Below, piece by piece: positions 39,601 through 63,891 of a stretch of 64,000 nt of DNA (position 1 is its first letter; each line of letters begins with the position of its first letter). The notes under the pieces are model-generated. The model was not told the origin of the DNA and did not search any database. It was given only the letters and a program-made list of their open reading frames with translations. A program made the position numbers and the translations under genes. Source of the stretch: Amoebidium appalachense (lineage: Eukaryota > Protista > Ichthyosporea); NCBI GenBank assembly GCA_963693365.1, contig CAVNZM010000017.1, forward strand, positions 3,577,375 through 3,641,374, written 5' to 3'.

Positions 39601-40976
39601 AAGATTGCTGATGTATGGCGGATACGGTTAGAGAAGTCTCGTTCATACATAGATTCGTTTATTCGTAATGTGGTGTGGTGTAAAAATGCAAAGATGATTA
39701 TGGCTTGGCGGTGTAATCGGTTTCTGGTGTCTCCTGCTCGTATGTGTAATATGTGTGGGGGGCGGTTTACTCGCGGCTGCATATCTATCAATAAATGCAA
39801 CCTGTTAGCTAATGTATTAGAACCGGAGGTTATTGGCGGTTTTATTCTCTTTTCTTCCTCTCTTCCTCAATATATCTGTTTTAAGATGACTATCCTAGAA
39901 TCACCTTATTAATGCTGCACAGTATGATATTGTGATCCGGTGCCTTAACTTTCTTTCGGAGCTACCGATGCTAGCCTCTGCTTACCCATAATATGTAATA
40001 GGGGTGTCAGATACTACCCCCACTGTGTTTGGGCCCCCACCGGTGGGGGCCCCCACGATCAGATCGATTTTGGCCGGTAATTAGTGCGGGCCCCCACCGG
40101 TGGGGGCCCACACCCCTGAAAAAAGGGGGTTCGCTCAAGAGGTTTTTCTGCTCGTGGGAGAAAGAAGGGGGTAAATTTTGTATATACAGTGATGAATATA
40201 CATAATAATGCAGCTTTGGCTCGGTTTTCAGCGGCGCAGCTGTTTTTCTTGTTGTTCTGCTTTGCTAGCAAAAAAGGAACGCTCTTTTCATATGATCAAA
40301 ATAGACTCTTTCATGTCACGTCTGTGTTTAGATTCAGAACATGAGCGTAGCATACACTGCAACGCCATGCACGCTATGTATAACGTTTTGCACACTTTTG
40401 TTTATAGCCATAAACGGCTACAAGTAAAGAACCTGACCACTCAAAGCTGCAGAAAGTCATGTAAAGTGTTCAACGTCCAGATCCAAGCTACACATAGGCT
40501 ATTATTGTTTGTGATATACAAACGAACACGTGAGGAAAACAGCTTGAATGTGCAGGAACCACATTTGTAAGGTATATATAACTGCATCTACTTAGGCCTA
40601 GGTGCCTTTACGGTAGCAGCAGCAGTGGCGAGCTGCCAGGCCACGGAGAACACTTGTTCTTAGTGAGGGCACAGGCCATTGGTCGTGGAACGCTTTTACT
40701 TGCAACCTTTTTAGGATTTTGTAAACAGCCTGCATAAAAGGCTTGGCATGCACGCACTGTGGCTGTTGTATTCCACAAACGTACGGGGTCAGTAGTGCTG
40801 TTTTGTTTGCTACGGGTTTTTTACTCTATTTGATAATTTGTTCCGGGTTTATATCTACGTACACTATAGGCTAGTGTGTTGATTTTGGTTCACGGTAGAT
40901 TGGACGTTCCATAGCTATAGGGAACACATGAGCAGTGTATGTGCATGCACACCCTTTTTCATTAGGATTTTCAAAC

Positions 40977-42176
40977 ATGGATGGATACGAATGGGTAGAT
41001 GATGATGAAGACTTTCAGAGTGTCTCTGGTCACACCGTGACACAGATGATGATGGGACGGACACCATACCTGTCTCTGATTCTGCCCAACCGGTAACAAA
41101 TGCATGGTCCAGAGTCGGAGCCAACAATCCAATAGTGGTAAAGCTGGATGACGTGGAGGGGGATATTGCCCGTGTTTTGCGGTCTGAAGTTACATCCATA
41201 CTTAAGAACATAACAGAGCAAGCACGACAAAGCAAAGACCCGGTTGACTTTCTTCACATGTACCTGACCCCAAAACTCGTTCTTGAACTATCAGAGATAA
41301 TCAATGAGAACTTAACGAAAAATGGCAAGGACACTCTTCGTAGCGATGAGCTTGAAAGTTTTCTCTGCACGGTATTCTGTCTTGCTATCTATCAGACCTC
41401 TGCAACCAGCTTCTTTGATACACGAAACACACACCTGTACCCCCTTGCTTCCACCCAAAAGGTGCAATACAAGCGCTTCATGGAGATCTTGGGTGGCCTA
41501 TCACCACCAAGCGATCGTAGTGGCAGCGGCACGTCATGGTTACCGGTGCGAACGGCTGACCAGCGTATCTTCGACTTTGAGGAGGCGGTGTCTAAACAAT
41601 GTGCCAGGTTAACGTATACACCGGACAGCATTTTGGTCCTTGATGATGATCAATTGGCCCTGCGGTCATCGGATCAGGACTCTACCGGCATAGCTGTGTT
41701 AAACAATCCGGCCAAGCGGGTGGGGCCAGTTCATCATGGGGTTGCATCACTGGCAACGGGCAAGTACGTGGTGGGCCACTGTCAGCTCTCCAATGAGACC
41801 GTTGTGCAGTGCTGGAAAATTCTCTACAAACGGATGACTGGATACCACCCATCAACACCGCTGCGTCCGAACAAAATAGCACTTGATCGGGGGGGGGGTA
41901 TCAGTCCACACACTTGAACGCAGCAGTTTCAAAATACGGGCTCAAAATTATCGGTACGCATAAGCGTGTTCCAGGCTATCCGTTCTCGTTTGGTGATGTT
42001 AAGCCCAAAAGCGGGGTGTTCATTATTCCCTGTATCGGTGAACGTGCAGCTTACTGGGCCGTGCGGCTAACAAATGGTTGGAAATAACCCCCCCCCCCCC
42101 CCCCTCCCCACCTCCCCCCCCCCCCCCCCCCCCCCCGTTCACGTTATCTCCAGGAAAAAATAAGAAAATTCGGAAG

Positions 42177-42210
<34 letters not shown>

Positions 42211-42411
42211 ATGCATGCACAGTGACATAGACACACACCAATAGCTTGCGCGTGTGGGTGTGCACACTGACACACACACATACACACACACACCCACACA
42301 CACACACCCACACACACACACCCACACACGCACCCACCCACACACCCACCCACACACAACAACAACACACGCACACACACAATTTTTTCCTTTCAGGCAA
42401 CCCCCCCCCCC

Positions 42412-42475
<64 letters not shown>

Positions 42476-43017
42476 ACTCTGGCACACACTCACACCAAAA
42501 AAAAAAAAAAAAAAAAAAAATCCTGGCACGATTTGGACTCGAATAAACAGTGTATGTGTATGCCCAACTTGAACGGGAGGGGCGGCAAGGGGAAGCCTGC
42601 TTGAAGGGATTACAGGGTGCGGTGGTGGTGGTGTGTTTGTGTCTGGGGGGGGGGGGGGGGGGGGGGGGGGGATCTGCAGGGCTAGAGATATGCTACATTC
42701 CTCCTGTAACTTACCCCTCTGTACAGTGGGTGGAAGGCAATTAAAGGAATATGCAGTCGGATACCGTGGTGGCTTCGGCAATGTTGGGCTGCTGAATACA
42801 ACAGAGCCCAATCTGGGCCCAGGGCAGTGGACTTACAGGCTGGAACGGGGTTATCGCAGGTTGGTGTTCAACGGTTATGTGCACATGCCTGTTTTCAATA
42901 CTAATATTGGCCACCATTCAAATGTTTTACATGTTGGCAATCGAATTCCTGCAATAGTAAGTGGGAAATGAGTTAAATCTTTGGGTTCAGGTGGTCGGGA
43001 ACGGACAGGGTGGGTAA

Positions 43018-43048
<31 letters not shown>

Positions 43049-43467
43049 AGTGACTGTGTATATATCTGGGTGGGATGGTTGGGAATGGATGGAGAGGGGT
43101 TACCATTTCGGGGGGGGGGGGGGGGGGGGGGGGGGGTGGGGTATGTGCGGCGTACAGAGGGCTGGGGGTGGGGGTGGAATGGACTGAAAGAAAGGGGGGG
43201 GGGGGGATTGACGTCACGGGAGATCATTACAGATCAGGGGTGCCTATCTTGTCTACTTATGAACTCTATTCTCTATCCCGTCATCTTTTCTTGGTCCTTT
43301 ACAGTCCTCCACTAACAGTTCCTCCCCTTTCCTTCACTACAACACACACTCTCTCCAGACATACAGCCTCCCTCCCCCCCCTCTCACCCTCCTCCTCTCT
43401 CTCTCTCTCTCCCTCGAGCTCTCTCTCTCTCCCTCTCTCCCCTTCTTTCTCTCTCTCTCTCTCTCTC

Positions 43468-43541
<74 letters not shown>

Positions 43542-46358
43542 TCCTTTTCCCCACCTCTCCTCCCGCCACAGAACCGCAGGCCAGTCATCTTTAAAGGGAA
43601 GCTCTGCCGACGGTCTGCTGCCAGGGATGGTCGAGTACCCAAGTGACCGCGGCGATCGATTTGTCGGTGGGTCAGACAGTGATGGAGAGACTGAGCCTGA
43701 GGGCATTGGTCTACCAGCAGAGAACACCCGCTCTCTTCCTCCCCCGCCAATGGTACACATCACTCAGACCCAGGGAACCCCGGACTGGTTAAATATGCGC
43801 ATGTTTTCCATCACGTCGAGTGGGGCCAGCCGAGCTTTGCGGGCCTTGGAACCCGGGGAACTACTACCGGGGCATGAGTACATTATGACGGATGTGTGTG
43901 GGTTTAGGTATGGTGTTCGGCAGGCACCACAGGGGCCTGGGGGTGGACATGCTACCATGGACAAGGATGCCCTTCTGGCGCTGTCCAAGGCAACCTTAGA
44001 GGCCAAATGTGATGAGCTCGGTATTCGACATCGCAGCAACGACAACAAGGAGAAGTTGGCAACGTACATCATTTATTTTTATAATCAACACCTAGACTCA
44101 CAGCAGCAAACGGGAGTGGACTCCGACAGCAACACCCGTCATAATGCACCAGTCCATTCGCACCCACCACAACCACGATTGCCGACCTACAACCCCACTA
44201 CACTTGTGGACCTACCACAACCAGCCACAACAGGATCGTTTGCGCCGGCGTATGCCGCAACACCACAGCAAACACTCCGCCCACCAATTACCACCCGTCC
44301 CACACATGCACCCACAACAACACACACGGCAACACCACATGTACAGCAGACACCCTACCCACCATTCCCGCCTCGTCCTACGCAGGCACCCGCAACAACA
44401 TGCGCGGCAACACCACAGCAGACACTTCAGCCGCCAATTACGCCCCGTCCTGCACATGCACCCGCAACAACAAACACGGCAACACCGCAGCAGACACCCC
44501 AGCCACCAATTCCGCCCCGTCCTACACATGCACCCGCAACAACACACACGGCAACACCACAGCAGACACCCCGCCCACCTATACCGCCCCTTCCTACACA
44601 TGCACCCGCAACAACACACGCGGCAACACCACAGCAGACACCCCGCCCACCTATACCGCCTCGTCCAACACAGGCGTCCGCGTCCACACATGCCCCACCA
44701 ACAACCTCACCACCGCCCAATGCAGGCCCATCCAATATGAATGTGGCACTTCTTGATTCTTGGTTTATGGCACCAATCAAGTCCCCGGCACTCAGCAAAG
44801 GCCGAGCCAATGAACCCATTGCGCGGTCGAAAATTCCCCTGTTTTTAAGGGAACAATCAGAGTGGGAGGTGGTGAAAATTGACGAGCACGGTCTAGTTTG
44901 CGCCGAAAATGCACGGTATCTTGCAACATCGGTGGATGGGTATGCAACTCTTCGCAATGCGAACGGGGACGTCATTCGTGCGGTGGTGGAGATTAAAACG
45001 ATGATGGAACCGACTACGGAGGCGGACGCACGCTTACGTTCGGCGCACCCACTGGGGGGGCTCTTTTCAACATGCACTGCTGGCACCCCTCAGTTTCGTT
45101 ATTTGGTTCACACCAGTGACTACCGCAACCAGGTTCTCCATCACGCCACCGTTTATAACGCCGAGTATGTGCTGTATGTCGTTGCCAGCATGGATTCAAT
45201 CATTTACGCCACCCTTATTGTTGTTGACAGGCAACTACGTGTCGACTACAAGGAAATCATCGAGCATATCGCAACATCGCATTTGCAGTGGATATACGGA
45301 TCCGAGCCGATACCGGAATTCCCCGAACCGGTTATTGCGAAAACCTACGCCGTGGATATGGAAACGATAACGAGTCGACCCTTGCACTCTGGCGCGCCCT
45401 CAATGCATTGGTCGTTAACAACAAGGGGCCGCTCCCCCCCGCACGGTACATTGTTCCCTCGGCGGTTGCGTGGTGGAACGCGATAAAGGGCGGGATAGAT
45501 GTTTATTCGCGGATGCTGAAAAACGTGAAATTGTCCTTCTACGGACTTTCAACGGAGGGATGTCTCGTTCTCCGGTTGATTATGACTCTCGCACTGAATG
45601 CCTTCCAAGACTACCGGATCGTGTGCAATGTGGGGCCCATCACACAATCCAGCGTAAATTCAATCACTGCCGTGCGCGACAAATTAAACAGTTTTATGCC
45701 GTTCCACACCTTTCTCGGTCAGATTGTTCGGACTTACCGTCTGCCAGGTCTGGTGGCCGACTACACACGTGATTTGGGAAACCTGAGAAACCACCTTCAG
45801 GATATGGATCCCAACGTCAAAACAACCGTTCCGGCCAAGCCGCGCAATCTGCGGAAACACTTTGGGTCTCCCAGTCACACATTGAACGAATTACGGAGGG
45901 ATAACCACAAAGAGCACTACCAAATCACGAAGCGCAACCCGATAACGAACCGCAAAATCAAAGGAAAGTGCCGGTTGTGTTGCTACACCGTCAAGCCAAA
46001 ACCGAAAGTCACAGGTGTGGCGCAATACATGCATGACGGCAGTGACGAGGCTTCAACGGGAGGAAGTCAGGATGAAAGTGGTGGAACGAACAGTTCGGGT
46101 GGAGATAATGGGGGCTCAGGTGGAAAGGAAAGGCCCCCTAAAAAGAAAAAACGTCAGTACGGGGCCAGATTAGGCGGACGTACACACTCCCTGTGCTTTC
46201 GCTGTGACGTCTATCTGTGCTACGACAGCAAGGGTACGATGGATTGTTGGCGGCGGTGGCACACACACAAAGTCCTGAAAAAGCCCGAGTATTACGCAGA
46301 CTTGCGTGAGTCAACGAAGCGGCCTGCGAAAAAGGCCGCGGAAAAAACCACCAATTAG
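40977..46358 (+). CDS. piggyBac-like DDD transposase with inserted YqaJ/lambda-exonuclease domain and C-terminal Cys-rich domain (2 introns; ~3 frameshifts in this copy)
   Basis: LVLDDD (~41640), NPAKRVG, IALDRG (~41885), IIGTHKR; YqaJ: [35 protein letters not shown]; [11 protein letters not shown] (~45490), ALNAF; [19 protein letters not shown]. Confidence 0.8.
44255..44690 (+). repeat. Coding minisatellite, ~69-bp (23-aa) unit x ~6
   Basis: [23 protein letters not shown]-like units. Confidence 0.9.
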
Positions 46359-46378
46359 TCATACATCTGTACTTGTCG

Positions 46379-46414
<36 letters not shown>

Positions 46415-46518
46415 ACACCCACACACACATACACACGCACACGCACACACACATGCGCACACGCACACACACACACACACGCACATACACACGCACACGC
46501 ACACATACACACGCACAC

Positions 46519-46604
<86 letters not shown>

Positions 46605-46789
46605 CCGTGCACACATACATGTACCGCCTAAACTAGATTTATCTGTACTTGACCCTGCACAATGCACGTGAAGTTGTTTCCACATCAAACTTTTCATGTG
46701 ATCCTTTCTTGTCGTACAAGTTGTTCAAGAAATTTGCCTTTGATTTTTTTGCCTCTTTAACCATGGGGCCTGGGGAGGTGTGTGAGTGG

Positions 46790-46825
<36 letters not shown>

Positions 46826-46941
46826 GTCAGTATAATTAAGATAGTGACCGTGCATGCAGAGCCTACTAGATGTACAAACACTATGTATAGTCGTACATGC
46901 CCAAGTTCAAACACAGCCGTTTCTTCTTCTTCTTTTTTCTC

Positions 46942-46973
<32 letters not shown>

Positions 46974-47479
46974 TTATTTTTCTTTTCTTTTTGCTTTCTG
47001 TCGTTTTGGTGGGGGTTGGGTGTATATCGCGGCCAATGTACAGAGGAAACAAACAATTAGTAGTGTCGGAATCTTGTGATTTTCCTTCCGCGTATCATGT
47101 AACATATCTCTGCCATGGCGATATTTCTGAACAATAACATTGTCTGTTAATGTCTTTGTTTACACGTATCATGTAACATATCTCTTCGATATTTCAGTAC
47201 ACTGTCATTAACACTTAGTAGCATCTTGAAATTTACATGAAAAGTACTGCCGAGTTGAGTTAACTTGTAATACATGCACCACACCATCATTGAAAAGGCA
47301 TTGCCTGCAACTTGTGTCCCGTTTGCATGACCCCCCCCCCCCCCCCCCCCCCCCCCCAAATGCATCAGAAACATCCCCCCCCCCCCCCCCACCCCAAATC
47401 CTTCACAAACATACCCCCCCCCCCCCACCCTAGGCCTTCGGATTACCCCCACCCCCTCACACACCATCTTTTCAAACCT

Positions 47480-47590
47480 GGTCACACTCACACACACACA
47501 CATACACACACACACACACAAATACATGTGCGCGCACACGCATGCACACACACACACACACACACACCCACCCACACACACACACACCGT

Positions 47591-47630
<40 letters not shown>

Positions 47631-47689
47631 ATAATAACACACTCACACCCTCCGACACACATTCTTGTGCGCACACACACAAGTGGGCG

Positions 47690-47785
<96 letters not shown>

Positions 47786-48311
47786 ATTGCCATGACACAG
47801 ACACACAGACACACACACACACACACGTGCACACACACTCAATGTTTACACACTCTCACACATGCACGCTCCGACACACATGTACTCTTGTGCACACAAA
47901 AAACACGATGTGCGCGTGAACACACACACACACATATGTGTACACACTCCATACACACACACAAACACAAGTGCGCGCGTACACACACAAACACACCGTA
48001 CACAGTCACACACTGACAAACACACCCACACCCACACCCACACCCACCCACACACACACACACGCACATGGATGCACACACACACACACACACACAATAT
48101 GTTTACACTCACACCCTCACACACACGCGCTCCAACACGTGCGCGCACACAAACACGATGCGCGCGTGGGGCCGTGAGACACACACACGCACACACATGT
48201 ACATCGTACACACACACACACACACCAGCACACACACCGTACACACACAAATACAAGTGCGCACATGCACACACACAAACACACGATACACTTACACACT
48301 AACACACATGA

Positions 48312-48365
<54 letters not shown>

Positions 48366-48670
48366 CTGACACACACACACACACGGCACACACACACACA
48401 CACACACACATGTACACACACACACACAGACACACACACACACACACACACACGCTCACACACACACTGTGCACACACGTACACACACACACACACACAC
48501 ACACACGTGCACGTACACACGGCACACACACGTGTACACACACCTTTGCACACACCACACAGCTTGAATATACACACTGTGACACACACACACACACCGT
48601 GACACAAGTGAAAAACACACACTAGCACACTCACCAACATGCTCCCGGACATGTGACACACACACAAACA
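47480..48670. repeat. Degenerate (CA)n-rich tract
   Basis: Seen directly. Confidence 0.9.
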
Positions 48671-51471
48671 AACTAGTACTACGTATACTTGGTGATACGA
48701 TCCTGGCGGCGCTGCCGCCGCGGCCGCGGCCATTTTGAAAAAATTGGGTGCGCCAGATCGATCCTCGACTGAATGATGGTGCGACGCAAGCCAATCCAAT
48801 CATCCGCTTTCACATGTGATCGTGGGCTTGAATGTGGGCCCCCACCCGCCCTGAGTGTGGGCCACCAAAAGTACTAGTTTTTTGTTATCAGAAAAAGTTA
48901 CCAAAACATGACTATAGAGCATAAAAAAGCCCATGTAGGCCTCAATCCGACACACATTCAAGCGCAGAGTGGGGTATATAGTATGTGAGTTTCCGAGGGG
49001 CGCCCCTTTGAAAGTGTGGGCCCCCACCGGTGGGGGCCCGCATTTCTACAGTGGGGCTACGATGGCGCTCATTGTTGCCTAGCATGTACATATGTCACTG
49101 GCTGCATTTGATTGGCTGTGCTGGAAAACGCCGTAGGCCGTCGAATGTGGCTGGGCCTCCGGCAGTGTCCACGCAATAAAAAGTGTGTAAACCCTTTAGG
49201 CATTACGATCCACAATGTTCAAGCCTTATGCCGGTTTCCAGTGGTCTGCGCATGCAGTAACTTGAGCAAATTATGCATTCAGCGGTCATATGATCGTTCT
49301 TATTATCTCTCGGTAAGTGCGCCAAAAAAAAAAAGACAACCATCGTCACAGCGAAACTGTTCTGTTTACGTTCTGTAGAGGAACCAAAGAAAAAAAATAC
49401 TATCTGCGATGCTGCCTTGGATTATTGATTGTTCAACTTCCAAGTGCACAGACAAAGTGACATGACAGTCACAGCCTCCCCCGCCCCCTTTCCCGGGGAG
49501 GCTAACTATAAGCTCTTCCCCCCTCAGCCTTGGTCAAGAATTAGAGCCCATATTCAAGGTTTTCAAAAAATAAAAATAAAAATACCAATCTTAGTTGAAG
49601 TTTATTATCTCAATAATACCTAGTGAACCCTGGCACTCGTGCCGGAAATATGGTCAGACTGAGCAGTTATCATCCACTGGCACATGTCAAGCATACCGTA
49701 AAGCACATAGTTTATTTAGAATAGAGATTGTTACAATTGGTTTGGCTCATTCTTTGGCTCATACTAGCTCATGTCTGTGTGCCTCCCCCCCGTTCCCCCC
49801 TCCCCCCCCTCTCCACAACCCCCTAACACACACACACACACACAAACATCCCCCAAAAAAAAGAACTTTGGAAAAAAAAAAAAACAAAAAAAAAAAAACC
49901 AACACACGCGGGTGCGCAGACACACACAAACGTACACTAACATACACATACACAGACACAAAATGGCCCCGTTCATGGACCTCGGCAACACTCACGGAGA
50001 AGTGGCATGAAAAGAATAAAAAAAAAAAACATCACACAACTGTGTAGACCATGCACTTCGTCAATCTCAAACCATGTCACATTGGCCAACCCCCCCCCCC
50101 CCCCCCCCCCCCCCCAAACACACACACCCCTCTCCCCCCCCCCACACACAAAAAAAGCACACAAACACGCACGCACGCACGCACACGCACACACACACGC
50201 ACGCACATGCGCACGCGCGCGCGTACACACACACACACACTAGCCCCCCCGCGTACACACACACACACACTAGCCCCCCCCCCCCCCCCCCCCTCCCGGC
50301 CCCCCTCCCTCCCCCCCCCCCCCCTCCTTCCGTCCCGCCAAAAAAAAAAACCACAAAAAACCAACAAAACAGAAAAAAGAAATCACACCAGACACACACA
50401 CACACACGCACACGCACACACCAAATGAACACACTCGATAACCTCGACAACTCTCACCGAGGAGTGGCGGTTGAAAGGGCAACAATGAATGAATAATGAA
50501 GTTGACCTGTGTGGCCCATTTATTTCGTCCTCCCTCACTCGTTGCAAATTTATGAGGAGTAAACTACATGGTGTTTTCCCGTAGTACTATACATATGCTT
50601 GAGCGTGTTTGGACCTATTGGCTAGAGGAGGTTCGAACTCACGCCAGCCAAGCCCCGGACCTTGGGCACTTGCCCACCCCTCCCCTTGCCAAAAACAAAA
50701 AAAAACAGCAGCAGCACTATCAGTACCAATGGAACACGACCATCCTGCCAGGTATATTGCGTTGGCACTGCCGTGCTCAAGACACCCCCACTACTTACAC
50801 CCCCACTACTCACACTCTCCATGTTTGTTACCGTCCATCTCCACCGTGCTTCCAAGGACCCCACTTCGGAGTCGGCCAAAGCTCTGGCACGTACTGACGG
50901 TGCCTGGGCTGCTATGAACTTGCCGTTCGCCTCACACTCACACTCTATTTTTCCTTACACTCTCGCGACCGCGTGCATGCTTTCTCTCGCGGCGGCTCTA
51001 CGGTCCCGAGAGTCCAGTGTTCGCTGTGTGTAAGGAAAAATACGAGTCACCTCGGTAGGTGACAGGCCAAAGCTTCGCCTGTTTCATGAAAACAATAGGC
51101 GCGGCTGCGGGCCAATCGCCTTGTTGCGCGCCAAAGATAAATCTGATGTCCAGCCAGGCTGCCAACGGCCACCACCGTCTTTGATCAGATTCAAAGTTGG
51201 GGCCGCAACACACACACACACTGCAGACCAACAGCATCCATCTAGCTTTTAGCGGTACCGTTCGAAAAACGTTTAACAGCGACGTGCCACGTTGCAGCAT
51301 ACGTAGTGCAGCCTGCGCGGCAGCAAGAAAACCGACCTAGCAGTGCCCTGAGGCCACGCAGGCGTGTGTGCACCCACACGGCCCTCAGGGGTCAGCCACG
51401 CACGGTGCGTGTCCGGCCAGTTATAGGTGCGGGGCAGGTGCCACGGTCGTACTGACCAGTGCGCGCAGAGG

Positions 51472-61727
<10,256 letters not shown>

Positions 61728-62752
61728 GAGGATGGGGTGCATTGGGGTTAGGGGCCACCATGATGTTGGGTTAGAGCCCACAGTAAGCAATGATTGGACA
61801 GAGAGCGGTATGAAGGCAGACATGCAAACGGAATGAATGAATAAATGAGGGCACTAGGTGCAACTCTCAAATACATACAGCCCCACACATGTGATGATGT
61901 GTGTGTGTTTAGACAGGCCTACGATATGGAGTGAGCCACAGTGTGGTCACATTGCCAGTGTACATGTACATGTATTTGACGTATTAAAGTACCTGTATTT
62001 GACGTATTAAAGATCCGCAAAAACCATAAACATTCAACATGCAACATGCAGACACCAGGCTGAGCCAGCCATGCTCGCAGTACAGCCTCTGCTCGTATAT
62101 GAGTACATTGTGTCTTAAAAAGGAAAAAGACGTGTGCAGACACAGACATCAACGAACCATGCTTTGCAGTTACCTGATAAAGAATCGACTCAGTCGCATT
62201 GTTGTCACCATTGGCAGGCCCAACACAAGTAACATATTGCCATAGGATCCTGTGACCGTTATATCTCTACCTGACCTTGTCACTTGATCCCTTCTACTGT
62301 CACGGCTACAAATATAGACTGGAGATTATACATGTATAAGCACACGGGGTCATCACACTCTGTTGATGCTCCCTACAGCCGATCCGGAAACACAACATGT
62401 GCCCCATATATGCATGGATATATACATCACGATACAGTCGGAGATATACATCTTTTTTAATATTAACTACTACACGGCCACTAGCTTGAATTCGAACCAA
62501 AAACCGGGCTCACTAATCAGGTAACTACAGACAACATTTTAACCGAGACAACGCAAACCATGCAACCATGTACTGCAATGCACACGAACACACACACACT
62601 GTGACACATGTCCGAAAACACACCCACGCGCGGAGGTGCACACATGCACACACAGCCACGCGCACACGAAGTGCATGTCGCGCACACAGAGGCACACACG
62701 TGTACTGCACACACACGCACACACACGTACACACACACGTACACACACACGT

Positions 62753-62845
<93 letters not shown>

Positions 62846-63477
62846 ATACCCACTCGCGCGCACATGTGAATACTGCACAAACACATGACCACATCCTCAC
62901 CCACACCCACCCACACACAAACCAGCTCATCATTATGATACCGGTATACCACTGCCAGTACTTACTCCTAAATGTTTTATCCTTTCCTTGAATGATTATT
63001 AGAAACGGGGACCTGGATGCCCCTTTTCTTTGTTCGTTTTTTTTTTTTTTTTTTTTTTTTTCTTTCTGGGGGGGGGGGGGGGGGGGGGGGGGAGGGGGGG
63101 GGGGGGAGGGGGGCGGTTTGGAAGGGTTTACCAACTCCAGCTGATGATCCACTTGGTCTATTTATGGCATCTAGGGCAATGTGCTATTTATTAATAAATG
63201 ATTCTCGGATTTGATCCTCGAATATGGCCCAACCTCGGTCGAAGCGTGTATGTCAAGCTCGAGGATTTCAAAGGCCACGCCAGAGCCATGTCATTACATA
63301 TCCTTGATTGAATCGTCCTCAGTCGTATGCATGTGACTGGTTTGTGTACCGTGATGTTTGGCGCGTGACGTCCGTGGTTTATGTACATGGAGAGTCTACA
63401 ATGCAGTCCACGAGTGCACTGGCCGGCCTTTTGATGGCGTCACGTGTAGAACATGTACACTGGTCTCCTGCCATGGC

Positions 63478-63513
<36 letters not shown>

Positions 63514-63779
63514 CCCCTGCCCGCTTAACAATCCCCTCCCCCCCCCCCCCCTCCCCCCCTCAGAGCCCCCGGCCAGCCCCCTCCCCCCCCCCCCCCCCCC
63601 CCCCCCCCACGGCGGGCTGGCCAGCCCCCCTGCCCGGCCACATGTACATGTCACCATATCATATGGTCCCGTGACAAGTAGGACTGTTCTGAACATGTAC
63701 ATGTGACAGTAATGTTGGCCCACACTATAATTAGTATATGATCACTGCTCTGCCTGTAGCTACGAGTCAGGTTGAACTT

Positions 63780-63813
63780 TCTCTCTCTCCCTCCCTCCCT
63801 CTCTCCCTCTCCC

Positions 63814-63890
<77 letters not shown>
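63780..63890. repeat. (CT)n microsatellite
   Basis: Seen directly. Confidence 0.95.

Positions 63891-63891
<1 letters not shown>

Larger units (their letters stand above)
40018..49056 (+). mobile_element. Complete DNA transposon, piggyBac-like, with YqaJ-fused transposase
   Basis: TIR CCCCACTGT / ACAGTGGGG; CTAC duplicated at 40014-40017 and 49057-49060; 28-bp subterminal IR at 40086-40113 / 49014-49041. Confidence 0.9.

Noticed and set aside
38417-39912. ORFs or minus-strand pseudo-exons in the GGATAT-rich region
   Set aside because: Short, interrupted by stops, no recognisable domain
41889-41898. Programmed frameshift at poly-G after DRG
   Set aside because: Homopolymer lengths are unreliable throughout the window; more likely slippage or sequencing error
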